A DNA stretch of 64,000 nucleotides from Octopus bimaculoides (Eukaryota): the NCBI RefSeq assembly GCF_001194135.2, contig NC_068981.1:81431858-81495857 (forward strand), read 5' to 3'. The translations under genes and the position numbers were made by a program. Shown here piece by piece: positions 36,962-49,290 of this stretch. Each line of letters begins with the position of its first letter. Position 1 is the first letter of the stretch. The notes under the pieces were generated by a model. That model did not search any database, was not told the DNA's origin, and worked only from the letters and a program-made list of their open reading frames with translations.

Positions 36962-37685
36962 CACTTAAGATTTAGTTGTGGGTTGGGAGTTTGATCGGCA
37001 GAGGTCATTATTATTATTATTATTTAAAATTTTCCCCACAAGGACGGCTTGGGGCAGGTGGAGAATAGTCGATTATATCGACATGCATATATCCATACAT
37101 ATATGTGCATACCTTCATATATATGTATATATACATGCATATATGGGTACAGGATATAAAAAAAAACATTAAGCACAATGAGAAACGAGACATGCAACAT
37201 AAAGAGTATACCCCTTCGTCAGTTGTCCCTGTTTCATTTATTCCGCGTTTCGAAGGCAAGGACATGTGTGTATATATATATATATATACACACACACACG
37301 TAACATATGTTATAAGTATAAACGGCAAGTTTTAGCCATTTCTCCGCAGCTCATTTAAAACAAATCTTTTGTGAATTTATTCAGCAATAAAGCCTTTCTA
37401 ACCTTCAAAAGTGGCCCGTGTCGCAGTGATCGAAAAATGATGCCCATCTGCAATTATGAAAAACCGCCACTTTTAGTTGTTTATTGGTTCGTGAGGATGC
37501 ACGTATAGTTTGCTCGCCCGCTCTCACAGACACACATACATTTATGTGTGTATCTACACATGTACTTATCTATGCATGTATATATATACGGAAGTTCCAT
37601 ACAGTTTCCATATAACAAATTTTACTCGCATTGTGTGGACGACCTGAAGTTTTAAGACACTAGTCTAACACGCCAATACATGTTT

Positions 37686-37689
<4 letters not shown>

Positions 37690-37739
<50 letters not shown>

Positions 37740-37752
37740 GCGCGCGCGCGCG

Positions 37753-37791
<39 letters not shown>
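37690..37791. repeat. Palindromic compound microsatellite (TG)n-(CG)n-(CA)n
   Basis: About 100 bp of alternating purine-pyrimidine, self-complementary around the (CG)n centre. Confidence 0.95.
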
Positions 37792-37793
<2 letters not shown>

Positions 37794-38228
37794 GACTATT
37801 TAAGCATTTTATCTGATCAAATTCATCCTATAGTTGCAGAACTGTTTCTGGAGGGAAACGTAATCTTTCAGGATGATAATGCACCAATTCACATAGTTAA
37901 ATTTGTTACTGAATGGCACGAGGAACATTCTACTGAAGTCGAACATCTTATCTGAACGCCACAATCCTCAGATCTCAACATTATTGAACATTTATGGTGC
38001 ATTTTAGAAAAACAAGGAGTCGATATCCTCCAACATCATCACTACAAGAACTGGAGACTGTTTTAGCTGAAGAATGGACAAAAATTCCTTTGGAAACAAT
38101 TCAAATTTTGTACGAGTCCATATCTCGTAGAATTCAAACTGTAATTACTGCCAAAGGCGGTCCCACCCCATATTAAAATAAATTTGTTTGAACTTTTACG
38201 GTGTTTCCATTATTTTGTCCAACCCCTG
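37791..38228 (+). pseudogene. Tc1-type (DD34E) transposase C-terminal fragment with right terminus
   Basis: IFQDDNAPIH...*TPQSSDLNIIEHLW...LQELETVLAEEWTKIP...LYESISRRIQTVITAKGGPTPY, then TTATTTTGTCCAACCCCTG as a probable TIR end. Confidence 0.9.
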
Positions 38229-38372
38229 TGGATAGATAGATAGATAGAAAGATAGAGATATATGCATATATATATACACACAAATGTATACGTCTGCATA
38301 TACATATAAATATATATGTATATGTTTATATATCTATACATCTCTCTTTCACTTTTTCTCTCTCTCTATTCC

Positions 38373-38414
<42 letters not shown>

Positions 38415-38927
38415 TATGCACATCAACACAGCACATTCATACATGCATCCGTATACTATGATTTTATTTACACATTTCTATTTTTTGAAATTCTTGTCAT
38501 AAGAAAACTACAGGTTATTGGGAAATTGGGAAGTCTGAGGATCTGTTCAATATTTCAATTTACAAAGAATAGTTTTATTGTAGGATGTTGGATATCAAGG
38601 CGGAAAATCGGAGTGTATTTAGTGTTACATATACACATGCATGGATCTACATAAATATATACACTTGAATTCAGCAGATGCACAGATTCATGTGTATGGT
38701 GGTTGTTGTATTGGGTGTCCTGCCACTCGCAATACCACCAAATTTCAAGCAGGGTCTTAACAAAAATTTTCCATTAAGATGTGATTAAATTAACGAGTAA
38801 GGTTAATATTTATAAATGAATTTGCCATTTTCGATGGGAGTGCAGCGCACACCTCGCAAACCCGGTATGTATGTATGTATGTATGTATGTGTGTGTGTGC
38901 GTGCATGTATACGTGTGTGTGTGTGAA

Positions 38928-38962
<35 letters not shown>

Positions 38963-39095
38963 GTGTCCGCTTAGGTAAGTATATACTGTAAGGTTGGCTG
39001 GCTTCTGTCTCTAGCCAGGCGGTTGTCCAGTACCGAAGAAGGGAAATTACCCAGAAACCATTGGTCCGTTCGCTTGCCTAAACTTTTACTATGTG

Positions 39096-39138
<43 letters not shown>

Positions 39139-39495
39139 ATGTATATAGTACCGTTGTAAGGCGTAGGTTCATTGGGCAGTTGCCCTGAGGCTTCCATAGG
39201 TTGAGGGTCGAAATTCTCATCTATGTATGCTTTGCCTTGCTGTCAATAAATAAATACGGTAAAAAATGTACCATAAATACTATACGAGCAAGTACTTTGA
39301 TTTGCCCGTGGTGCTACAATGCTAGGACGGCCTTGTGTGTTTGTGTATATGTGTGTGTGCATGTGTATGTATGTGTGTGGGGGTGTATGCATGTGTGTGT
39401 TGGTGCGTGTGTGCGTGTGTATGTGTTTGTATTTGTGTTTGTCCCACCACCACCGCTTGACAACCTGTATTGGTTCCTTTACGTCCCCATAAACA

Positions 39496-39581
39496 GCGGA
39501 GGTAAAGAATACGTACACCACCCGTTTTCGGCGTAACCCTACACGCCGAAAACGGGTGGGGTGCGTATTCTTTACCTTCGC
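39496..39581. repeat. 39-bp-stem hairpin
   Basis: 39496-39534 pairs with 39543-39581, with two G.U wobbles and one mismatch on the + strand; 8-nt loop. Confidence 0.95.
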
Positions 39582-40029
39582 CTTGTAATTATATTTAAGC
39601 TGTTTGTGCGTATATAAGCACACATATATATATGTATGCGCTTGAGTATATCAGTTAAACATCTAGAAGCGTAAAGATTCATCTTTCATAACGAATTCAA
39701 ACGAACCAATGAGACTTTCTATGCTTTGTCCGAAAATGCTAGAAATAGCAGCAAAATCTCTCTCAAACTGTACTTTACTGTCTTAGAAAATGAAATATGG
39801 AACAATGTAATCGTACGTCTCATGCATATACGAAAAATACGGTAGAGTCACGGCTTGAGTACCTTTGACGATAGGTCTGCTCAGAGCGAATCTGGAGCCA
39901 AACAAAAATGAATTCAAGCAGAACGTAAGTGTTGAATTTGGTAACATTCCAAGTAAATAGACATATGTTTGAGATGATTCTGACATGACAAATAAATAAA
40001 AATGCTGTTCTTCTTAACATGCCAGCATC

Positions 40030-40315
40030 TTTTGGCACTCCGTCGGTTACAACGACGAGTGTTCCAGTTGATAGGATCAATGGAACAGCTTGTTCGGAAG
40101 ATTAACGTGCAAGTGGCTGAGCACCCAGACATGCGTGCCCTTCACGTAGTTCTTAGGGAGATTCTGCGAGACACAGAATATGGCAAGGCTGACCCTTTGA
40201 ATTACTGGTAGAACTCATTTTTGCCGGTTGAGTGGACTGCTGCAACTTAAAGTGTCTTGCCCAAGGACACAACGCGCTGCCAGGTATCGAACTCACAACC
40301 TTAAAATCGTGAGAG
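40030..40315 (-). mobile_element. SINE with family-A 3' region but CORE-like middle
   Basis: 40030-40205 matches the family-A tail; 40215-40315 matches the CORE-type head/middle (AAGTGTCTTGCCCAAGGACACAAC) of 4500-4608. Confidence 0.75.
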
Positions 40316-40518
40316 TACTTATTTCTAAACAGATATATCCTCATAACACACACACACACACACACGCACGCACGCACACACACACACACAAACACACATA
40401 CACGCATGCTCACACTTTGGAAGAACGAGTACATATCAAAATAGACAAACGTTCTATTCTTGAAATATCAAGGAAAAAAAAATAATAACACACAAAACCA
40501 TGACATTTATACATAAAG

Positions 40519-40584
<66 letters not shown>

Positions 40585-42299
40585 ATGTGTGTGTGTGTGT
40601 TTGTGTGTGTGTGCACGCGTGTGTGTGTATGTGTGTGTTCGCATTTTACAAATATACATAGACCTGTGAAAAATCTGATCGGCAAACCCACAAACCAAAA
40701 AATATATCAATTTTTTTGATCAGCGATATCTCCAAACAAATAATTAGATTGTCTATTTCGTAAGAGGAATGAAAATTATAGGGTCCGTGCCTTTTTCCCA
40801 GTCATGAGTAGCTAAGTGAAATCAAAGAACTGGGCATCGAAAATTCGGTTCACCAGGTATTTACTTCCAATTCGAAAGGTATTCCCCACTTATTGACGAA
40901 CGTTGGTATACGAATTTACAAGAACAAAACATACACATGTATATGCTATGCCATATGTAATATTTTACACCGCCAACACAAAAACAGTATATCTATCGTA
41001 AGTAAACAGCCGCCTCAGTACATAAATAATAGACAGTTCATAATCATGTTTTATAGACCCATGTAAACAGAGATTTATAAGAGATTGACGATGTGCTGAG
41101 ATTTCTTTCGATCTGCCGATATCTCTTCTTCTCTCCTTCTTTAACGATATTATTTATTTAAATAATAGGATTTCTACTGGGACAACAAATAAGAAAGGTA
41201 AACAAACACTCGTTTTGACGTCAAAAGAAAGCAGTCCCCGCACGCACTCGTACTTACTCACCAAGTAGATATTTGTAAGTAAACTCCAAGTAGCACCCAC
41301 AAATAATCTTACACATTACATGTACTTATAAATCAAACATGTCCCTGTATTTTTTGTTATTCAAGGATTATAACAATATAATAAACTTGATAAGAATAAA
41401 TAGGATTTAGAAAAGACAGCGAACGCTTATGATTATGCAATTTTAGAACCACTCTAAATGTTCTGATTACAGTTTAAATATATTGACTAATTAGAACTTC
41501 TACATTATTATTATGGTTATTATTATTATTATTATTTTCATTTTTTTGTTAAACCAAAGAAAGCTTTCAACTTGATAACTTTCTCTTCGCCTTTACAGCT
41601 CCAGTATCGTTTCCACTGACATATGTTTATACAGAAGATCAAATTGACAACAAACAGACCTAGCAAAAGGTACACATTATTAGCATGTCTCCTAACAAAA
41701 GTCACTCATACAAACAAAACTGATTGCAGCTGTATGCTGTCAACATAACAGTACCCTCGCTGGCTGGCACCAGTATACCCACTTGTATTGGCTGGCTTAT
41801 TGTTTATACGAGAAAATGGGAAAGACTTTTTAACGTGAATCGATAAAAACGTAACAGTTACGATTTAAAAATCACGAAGTAAAAGAAATTAAATTATGAC
41901 GAAGATGAAGATAAAAAAAAATATATAGAAAAGATATCACGTACCTTATAAATAGTAAGAGTTACCACTTTATTCCCATCTCTTCAGGTAATTATCTCCG
42001 AAGAATCAACTCATCCTGAAATTCCTTTGGGATTTAATTTGGGAAATCAGAGAATGAGGTGGTTTATGTTATATTTAAATATATTATTTATTAATTAATG
42101 TTAAATGGATACACATAAGTTTTTGTTTTTATGTATAGATATATATATATACATTTCAGTTAATCGATAAATGCTTATAGACGACGACAGCTATTTAGTA
42201 GTCTTATGTATGAAGCTTTTTATAGAGAGTTTTATATTTATACGCCTGGTTGAATCTGTGCGTGTGGTGTTAATCGAAAGAGAGAAAGTGAAAAGAGTT

Positions 42300-42510
42300 G
42301 AGAGAAAAGCGGGGGAAAGGAAGCGACCAGCAAACACAAGTAACGCCTGTTCAGCAGCGAGTTTACATCTGTTGTAATTAGTGAATTTTCTACGGACTCG
42401 CGTACCCCACCAGTGAAAGTTAGACTTCGTTAAACGTACGGCTGTGAGTCAGTGACGTCGTGCAGTAGTGAGGACTACGTGCATATCTGCGCGCGTTTAA
42501 ACGTGTACCT
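42300..42510. promoter_or_regulatory. CpG-rich promoter/enhancer-like segment
   Basis: AP-1 consensus TGAGTCA (42445-42451) lies adjacent to CRE-like TGACGTC (42453-42459) in locally CpG-dense sequence with no copy elsewhere in the window. Motif evidence only. Confidence 0.25.
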
Positions 42511-43008
42511 ATTTGTGTATGTATGTTATGCATGATTTTGTCGAGACACTTTCAATAAGATTAAAATAAAAGAAATAGACCTCTGTACGATTGAGTATAA
42601 TTTGTATGTGTGTGTGTGTGTATGTATCTGTCGGTGTGTATGCGTGCGAGAGAAAGAGAAGAAAGAGACAGATAGATAGATAGTGTATGTGTGAAAGAGT
42701 AGTGTGTGTATGTGTGCGAAAGAAGTGTGTATGAGAGAGAGAGAGAGAGAGAGAAAGGAAGAGAGAGCCTCCTTGAGTGGGTGATAAACTGGAAAAGAAG
42801 CCTAGTCACCTGGTAACTGATAACTATTACTCTTATAAATTTGCTTATTTTCATGTAGTATTTTTATAAGTTTTTTTTTCATATAAATACTGAATGCATC
42901 TATAGCGATATACATGCAGCCATACATACGTACGTACATATGTGTGCATGTAATATAGGCCCCCCTCTATATATGTCCTTTGATTAATCATATATATATG
43001 TATGTATG

Positions 43009-43056
<48 letters not shown>

Positions 43057-43180
43057 NNNNNNNNNNNNNNNNNNNNNNNNNNNNNNNNNNNNNNNNNNNN
43101 NNNNNNNNNNNNNNNNNNNNNNNNNNNNNNNNNNNNNNNNNNNNNNNNNNNNNNNNNNNNNNNNNNNNNNNNNNNNNNNN

Positions 43181-43563
43181 GACACTAAGCTCCAGCAAAT
43201 CATCAAAGAAGAAGAAGACCGAACCCAACTCCAGACTGATCTATATGCTGTGAGTTAATGGGCAGATAAAAACAAAATGAAACTGAACGAGGGAAAATTT
43301 GAGCTGATTCATTTTGGAAGAAAGTCTGTAGTAAAACAGCCATACTCCCTTCCTTCAGGGGAATCGCTCACGGCATCCAACAATATCAGAGATCTGGGTA
43401 TAATTGTTGACAACAATCTCAATTGGAGTGCCTACATCAACAATAAGGTCAATATAGCTCGTAGGATGAGCTCCTGGATCTTAAGAACCTTCCGGTCCAG
43501 AGAACAAGGTGTCATCATTCCACTTTTCTCCTCCTTTGTACGGCCACGCCTCGAATACTGCTC
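43181..43563 (+). pseudogene. CR1/L2-group LINE RT C-terminal fragment
   Basis: DTKL...LQTDL..VS*WADKNKMKLNEGKFELIHFG...RDLGIIVDNNLNWSAYI...WILRTFRSR...FVRPRLEYCS. Confidence 0.88.
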
Positions 43564-43778
43564 AATAAGAACTCACTGCTTGAATGGACCATAGACCAAA
43601 CTTGACTGTAAAAAGGATTTAGATAATCCTATCAGGTGGTGCTATTAAGTTAGACATGACCTGGACCAATCTTTGGTCGAAACAAATCTAAGTTTTATCT
43701 AAGTTTTATATATATGTTTACGGTGGTGCACCAGCATGACCGCAGCCACTTGGCTGAAACACATAAATAAATAAATAA

Positions 43779-43853
<75 letters not shown>

Positions 43854-43854
<1 letters not shown>

Positions 43855-46790
43855 TAGCTGATGTACTTGGTAATTCCCGGAAAAGCAGGGCTTATCCCTT
43901 GGTTCTGTTCTCATAATTGTTTCGCTAATCCAATAACAACAATATAAAGTATGTAGCCCTAAAAACGGTTTTCGTGCATTTACAGAGAATACCGAACTGT
44001 CTTACATAGGATTTTGTTTTTAGGAATTCCCAATAAGTTATGAACGCCCAAATCGTGAAGTCACTTACGTAATAACATGAAATTAGTTACCCGATAGTTA
44101 AGAATTCAAATAAAGTAACCCCGAAAAGGGCTTTAATGCGTTCCCAAGGTATATATAACTTAGGAGGAAACATTAATAAAGTATGTATACTAAAATCGTG
44201 AAGCATGTTACGTAATAATAGGCTAATAGGATATGAGATAATAACAATTCAAAGTAAATAACTCTGAAAAGGGCTTTTCTGCATTCCCAGAGAATATAAC
44301 CCTTAGGGACGCTAGTGTGGAAATAGATTTACAACAAATGTAGAAACAGACTGACATTTAGTTTTACAGTAGATATACAAATAAATTTGCATACAGATTT
44401 TAAAATGAAATAACGTAGATTATCATTACATTTACAACACTTACAAATATTACAGTTAAATAATAAATACCTGGTGATTTGGTGAATCTTATTAAGTTTG
44501 CAGAGCTTCTTGATAAGCAACATTTTTGGTCTTTCCTTGTGGGGCATAAATAAACAAATGATTAGGATTGCCGACTCTTGAGCAACCCACATAAATTTGG
44601 CCATGGGAGAAAACTGGTTCCGCAAGGTTCAGGCCTACTACATCCAAAGACTGCTACTGGGCCTTGTTAATGTTCATTGCAAAGCTCAGTTTCAACAGGA
44701 ATTGTAGGTGTTTGTACTGGAAAGGCATATCCGAGGGAATAAGTGGAATTCTAGGAATGAATACAGGCTCACCGCTTGCTTTACCAGTCAAAATTGTTGT
44801 CTCCAAGACTGTTAGCATCATCTTTATTATAAGTCATATGCGATTGCAAAGCTTTGGTGGATCGAGGTTTCGAAGCAGCATAACTGGTAACCCAATTTTG
44901 AGGTGCAAGTTGTGAGGTGGGAAGCCGGGTGATGTTGGACAATTCAAGAATTCAGTTGGATAATTCACAGCTTCATCGATTTTGAGTACAGTGTCAATAG
45001 AATTGTAGATGTGACGCTCACCTGGCAACTGTTCCAGAAGTTTGATGTTCAAATCATCAACTGCCACATTCTTTGGAGCTAAAATGGCACGGGTTTTCAG
45101 TCAGTTGTGGTCTGTAAACTGATTCCTCAGGTTAGGAAACACCTTAGTCATTAGTTCCTTTAAATCAGATACCATATATCCAAAAAGGCAAGCTTATCCG
45201 GCTATCCTTCTCGTCAACCGAAGTGCCATTACCGACGTCCAACAGTTGCTCTGAAAAGGTTCTGTCTGTATCATCACCAATGAGCTGCAGTCTCATATTG
45301 GTTGTGAGTCTCAGCTTTTGCACACTGCTCCATAAGTAGGACGACTTTATGCTGGCATTTACTTCATCAGCTCTTATCCCCTTTGGAACCACGGGAAGGG
45401 TTTGTCTAAAGTCTCCTACAAGCAAGACAGTGACACCTCCCATGAGCCTGATGTTGTGTCTCAGATCCTGAAGGGCCATGTAACGAGCTTCAAAGGAAAC
45501 CTTATGGTTCATTGTTGCTTCATCTCAGATGATCAACCTGCATTCACCCAGAAGTTTGCCTTTTATAGAACCACGACTGATGTTGCAGTTTGCCTTCTCT
45601 TTTTCTGGACAGGTCCAAAGGGAGTTTGAAACAGGAACGAGCTGTGCGGCCACCACTTAGCAGAGTTGCATCTATTCCACTCGACACCACTGCTATGGTA
45701 ATATGTTTCATTTGGCGCAGTTTAGCCAGAAGGTTGATGACAAATGTCCTGCCCCTTCTTTCACTTTCAATGCTCGAAATAATGATCTTANNNNNNNNNN
45801 CAGTTTGCCTTCTCTTTTTCTGGACAGGTCCAAAGGGAGTTTGAAACAGGAACGAGCTGTGCGGCCACCACTTAGCAGAGTTGCATCTATTCCACTCGAC
45901 ACCACTGCTATGGTAATATGTTTCATTTGGCGCAGTTTAGCCAGAAGGTTGATGACAAATGTCCTGCCCCTTCTTTCACTTTCAATGCTCGAAATAATGA
46001 TCTTATAAACACCCAGTTGGTCCTCCATCAGTTTGTGTTCGTTATCAGCTATATACGCCGTCATTTCCTCGATGCCATAGCTGATTTCTTGCAGGTACTC
46101 AATTGCGAGATTGTCTGCTGCCTGCTCTGGTAGAGGCAGACTTCCCCATTGTAACTTCGAAGGTCTAACAGTGTGCAGCAGTAGACGCAGAAAGAAGTAC
46201 TCCTACTGATTAGGGTACACAGTCTACATCCGCCCGATGGTCCCGCTTCTGAAGACAACATGTTTTTCCTAGCCCTCAACGCGTGCTCCTTTCTTGCGCC
46301 TGTTCCATTTATTGTGTGCCCGGGTATAGTACACGGGAACCTCAACATACAACAGTATTCGGGCAAACAGATCACATCGGCATAATTTGAAGAAAGCTGT
46401 CAAAGTGGTTTCTGGTGGATTCAGAACTACGTTTCGAGCATTGTCTTCTGTGAAATATACACGCTGGCCATTTTCAAGATGTACAGATAGATTCATCACA
46501 GTTGGATGCCGCTCCTCGATTTCGAAGTCCTCGTTAGAGAAAATATACATGCCCAACTTATATCGCTGAATTTCATCTGCCTGCTCTCCTGTTCAAATTC
46601 AAAAAATCGCCATATCTGAGCCCTTATTGATGTATTTGCATACATATCTAATACTTTTTATGGAGTTGCATGACTCGACATTAACATGGGCCTGCAATGT
46701 TTTAGACAGTAATGGGTTGTAGGGCACGATCCACCTGTTGTTAATTTCCATCCGTTGACAATTAACTTTGAGCTTGGTAGTGTTTAAGGC
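43854..46790 (-). mobile_element. Decayed Helitron: Rep C-terminal motifs, Pif1 helicase, 3' UTR and 3' terminus
   Basis: NRWIVPYNPLL...HVNVESC...YVCKYINKG (Rep motif 3); ERHPTVMNLSVHLENGQRVYF; ATLLSGGRTA..CFKLP; GGVTVLLVGDFRQTLPVV; PPHNLHLKIGLPVMLLRNLDPPKLCN; LKLSFAMNINKAQ...FSHGQIYVGCSRV. Degenerate hairpin plus CTAA|T at 43857-43853. Many stops, frameshifts and deletions. Confidence 0.93.
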
Positions 46791-46915
46791 CAAACATCCC
46801 TGAAACTTTCATCCGAATCCATCCAGCGGTTCTTGAGATATCTTGTCCACGGACAAACAAACAAACAAACACGACTGAAAACAATACCTCCGTCTTAGCG
46901 AAGACGGCGGTAATA
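46791..46915 (-). mobile_element. DINE-1/HINE-like (Helentron-associated) element end
   Basis: Terminal hairpin TACCTCCGTCTT-AGCG-AAGACGGCGGTA (46885-46912), then (GTTT)n GTCCGT and GATATCTCAAGAACC...GGATTCGGATGAAA on the minus strand, the layout of DINE-like elements. Confidence 0.6.
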
Positions 46916-48303
46916 ATTTGATGTTCGAGAAGGCTATGCAATTTGAAAACAAACGTATGATATATAATTGGTAACAAATTGGCAATAAACATTACAGTAT
47001 CGGATGGAATGCTTTGCAACATTAGTTCAGGATTTTTACGTTCAAATTTTGCAATGGTCAACCTAAACATTCATCTTTTCGGACAGACAAATCAGTACAC
47101 AGTCTATTCTTTTCTTTGGATTGCACGTGCAATTTAAAGGTCCAACCTAGTATCACACAGACTGGGCCTGAGAATTGCGTTAAGAATATACGTCTTTGAA
47201 ATACTCACCCATTTACACGTTAATTTCACGATCAGGAGTTCAGTTGGTCGAACAACTGAATGCTCATTGACGAAACCAACGAAGAGCTCTTTACATAAAA
47301 TTAGTGAATCAATTTACATTTAAGCTTTCATATCCACTTTTGTAAAATTGTCACTGCTGGTGTAAAATAATTTCTTCAATACATTCTCCATTTACATTTT
47401 CATTTAATTTAAGAAGCATCATATTGGATACATGTTACAAATAGTTTGTCAGTCACGAAGAAATATAAACTGTTGACTTTTGCTGAGTATGTAAATGAGA
47501 AACAGGTCTCACTTTGGGTAGGATGATAGAATGAATCATTGATGGCAAACGACAAGGTGGACTGCAGTATCAGCTAATATGTATTTATATATGCAGGAAA
47601 ATTTCTGAATATAATTCTTTATTCAAGAAATTAAAGCAGTGTTAACATCAAAAGATTCTTACAATATTTGTTAATAAAAAAAAACAATTGTAACTACAAC
47701 CATAGCTATTACATGGATGCGTTCAAACCGTTCCCCTCATTGGTTCCCTTCACTTGATGTTTTGTCATCTATGATTGAATTCCTTGATTAGATATTAACT
47801 TTTTCCAGAAATGAATTGATTTTTCATAAACAAATAAATATTTGTAAAGCGGCTGGATTTGGCAGTCAGTTTTTTTTCCTAGAAAGTTCTAAAGATTAAG
47901 CGAACGACTTGATGTAACGAGGAAGTTCAAAACGTGCCGGTCTCTTTAAATTATGATCTGAATCATAGCGTAATGAAACATTTATATGTATTTCAATGGC
48001 TAGCACCGTACTTCTGTTATGCCCACGCACCTCCCAAAATATTTCTAACTTGTAGAATTGTTTTCAAATATTTGATGGTAAAATACTTATTCAACAATAT
48101 TTTATCACACAATTTTGTTACAACTGAAGAATTCATTTCAAAACGTTATGAGGTTTTAATAATAAAGTACATCTGGCAGTGCAAACAGTTTCATTCTATC
48201 GTTTTATTTTACACATTTTAAATTGTCTGTAGCGAACTCAAGTGAACTTCCTCTCTCTATTATATATAAATACTTACGAACGTAGCAGGTAACAGCTAAC
48301 TTT

Positions 48304-48510
48304 GGATCTTTTCCTTTTGGCCAGCACATAGAAAAAATAATTTTTTGTAACTAAACACTTTCAAATTTCGTATACTGGTAGAATGTATCATTTAAAACAT
48401 CATTTACTCTTTGCGTTTTTAAGAAAATTCTTTATTTTGAAAGTTATTTCGTGTTAAAGTTGTTGTATTTCGGTAATTTCAACCAATCAATGGCGTCTAT
48501 TGAGGTGAAA
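48304..48510. mobile_element. Arm of a GGATCT-terminated MITE relative
   Basis: Starts GGATCTTTTCC and shares ACTTTCAAATTTCGTATACTGGTAGAATG...AATTTCAACCAATCA with the 54100-54878 family. Confidence 0.65.
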
Positions 48511-48519
48511 ACAACCTAC

Positions 48520-49290
48520 CTCGTGTAGAAGACTCCATCAAAAGATACGAAGCGGTTGCAAGGGCAAAATTAACCAGGAGAAATCACCGGTTCGAGAGAG
48601 GTTGTGTAGACACGGTTTTGACACCTCCCCTACATGCCCGAGGTGCGGGCGCGTCAGTGAAACTGTTGTGCACGCCTTCGTACACTGTGAAAAGTTGACA
48701 ACCTATGTCGAACATCTGATGTCAGATGCAGAGAGAGTACAGCTTTCGACTGAGTCCGTGATTAAGATCGTACCGCCTTTTTTCCTTCAACAAGGAAAAG
48801 AAGGCATCTTTTTTCTACATAGAAGCCATACTGAAAGAAAGGGTATGGACAACACGAGCGAAAGGGATTGGGACTGGTCACTTCATCTCCGGACACGGGT
48901 TGGTAAGTTATTTCAAGTTCCACCTGTCGAGAAAGATCCGTCTGGAGAAAAGGTGCCTGTTGCAAAGTACGTTCGGAAAAAGATGGATGTCTGTAGTAAG
49001 GAAGCTGAGGATAAATGGAGCCGTGTTAGCATAGCCGGTCAAGGTGAAAAGAAGGAAAAAAAAAGGAAAAAGCTAAAGGAGAAAAAAATAAAAACCGGCG
49101 GGTTAACCATAAAAAATAACCGGAACATTATTTTATAAATTTTTAATTGTATATAATTTTATTTCATCCTTTTATCCGATTTTTTTCATTTTTCCCATTT
49201 CATTGCAACCCAAACCATTTGTAAGAATGTAAGTATTCGTCCCTTGTAGTGTCCCCTCTATCTATACCTTTATAGGTAAATAAAGAAATT
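48520..49290 (+). pseudogene. Tx1/L1-clade LINE 3' fragment (zf-RVT region plus 3' UTR)
   Basis: PVRERLCRHG...PTCPRCGRVSETVVHAFVHC (CCHC-type knuckle); 3' end ...AATAAAGAAAT matches 51860-51900 (-) and 63292-63330 (-). Confidence 0.8.

Noticed and set aside
40002-40211. ORF with natural-looking peptide RRLQRRVFQLIGSMEQLVRKINVQVAEH
   Set aside because: It is the antisense reading of the multicopy SINE tail.
45586-46005. Exact 205-bp tandem duplication inside the Helitron helicase
   Set aside because: The two identical copies are separated by a 10-N placeholder gap, typical of an unmerged contig overlap.
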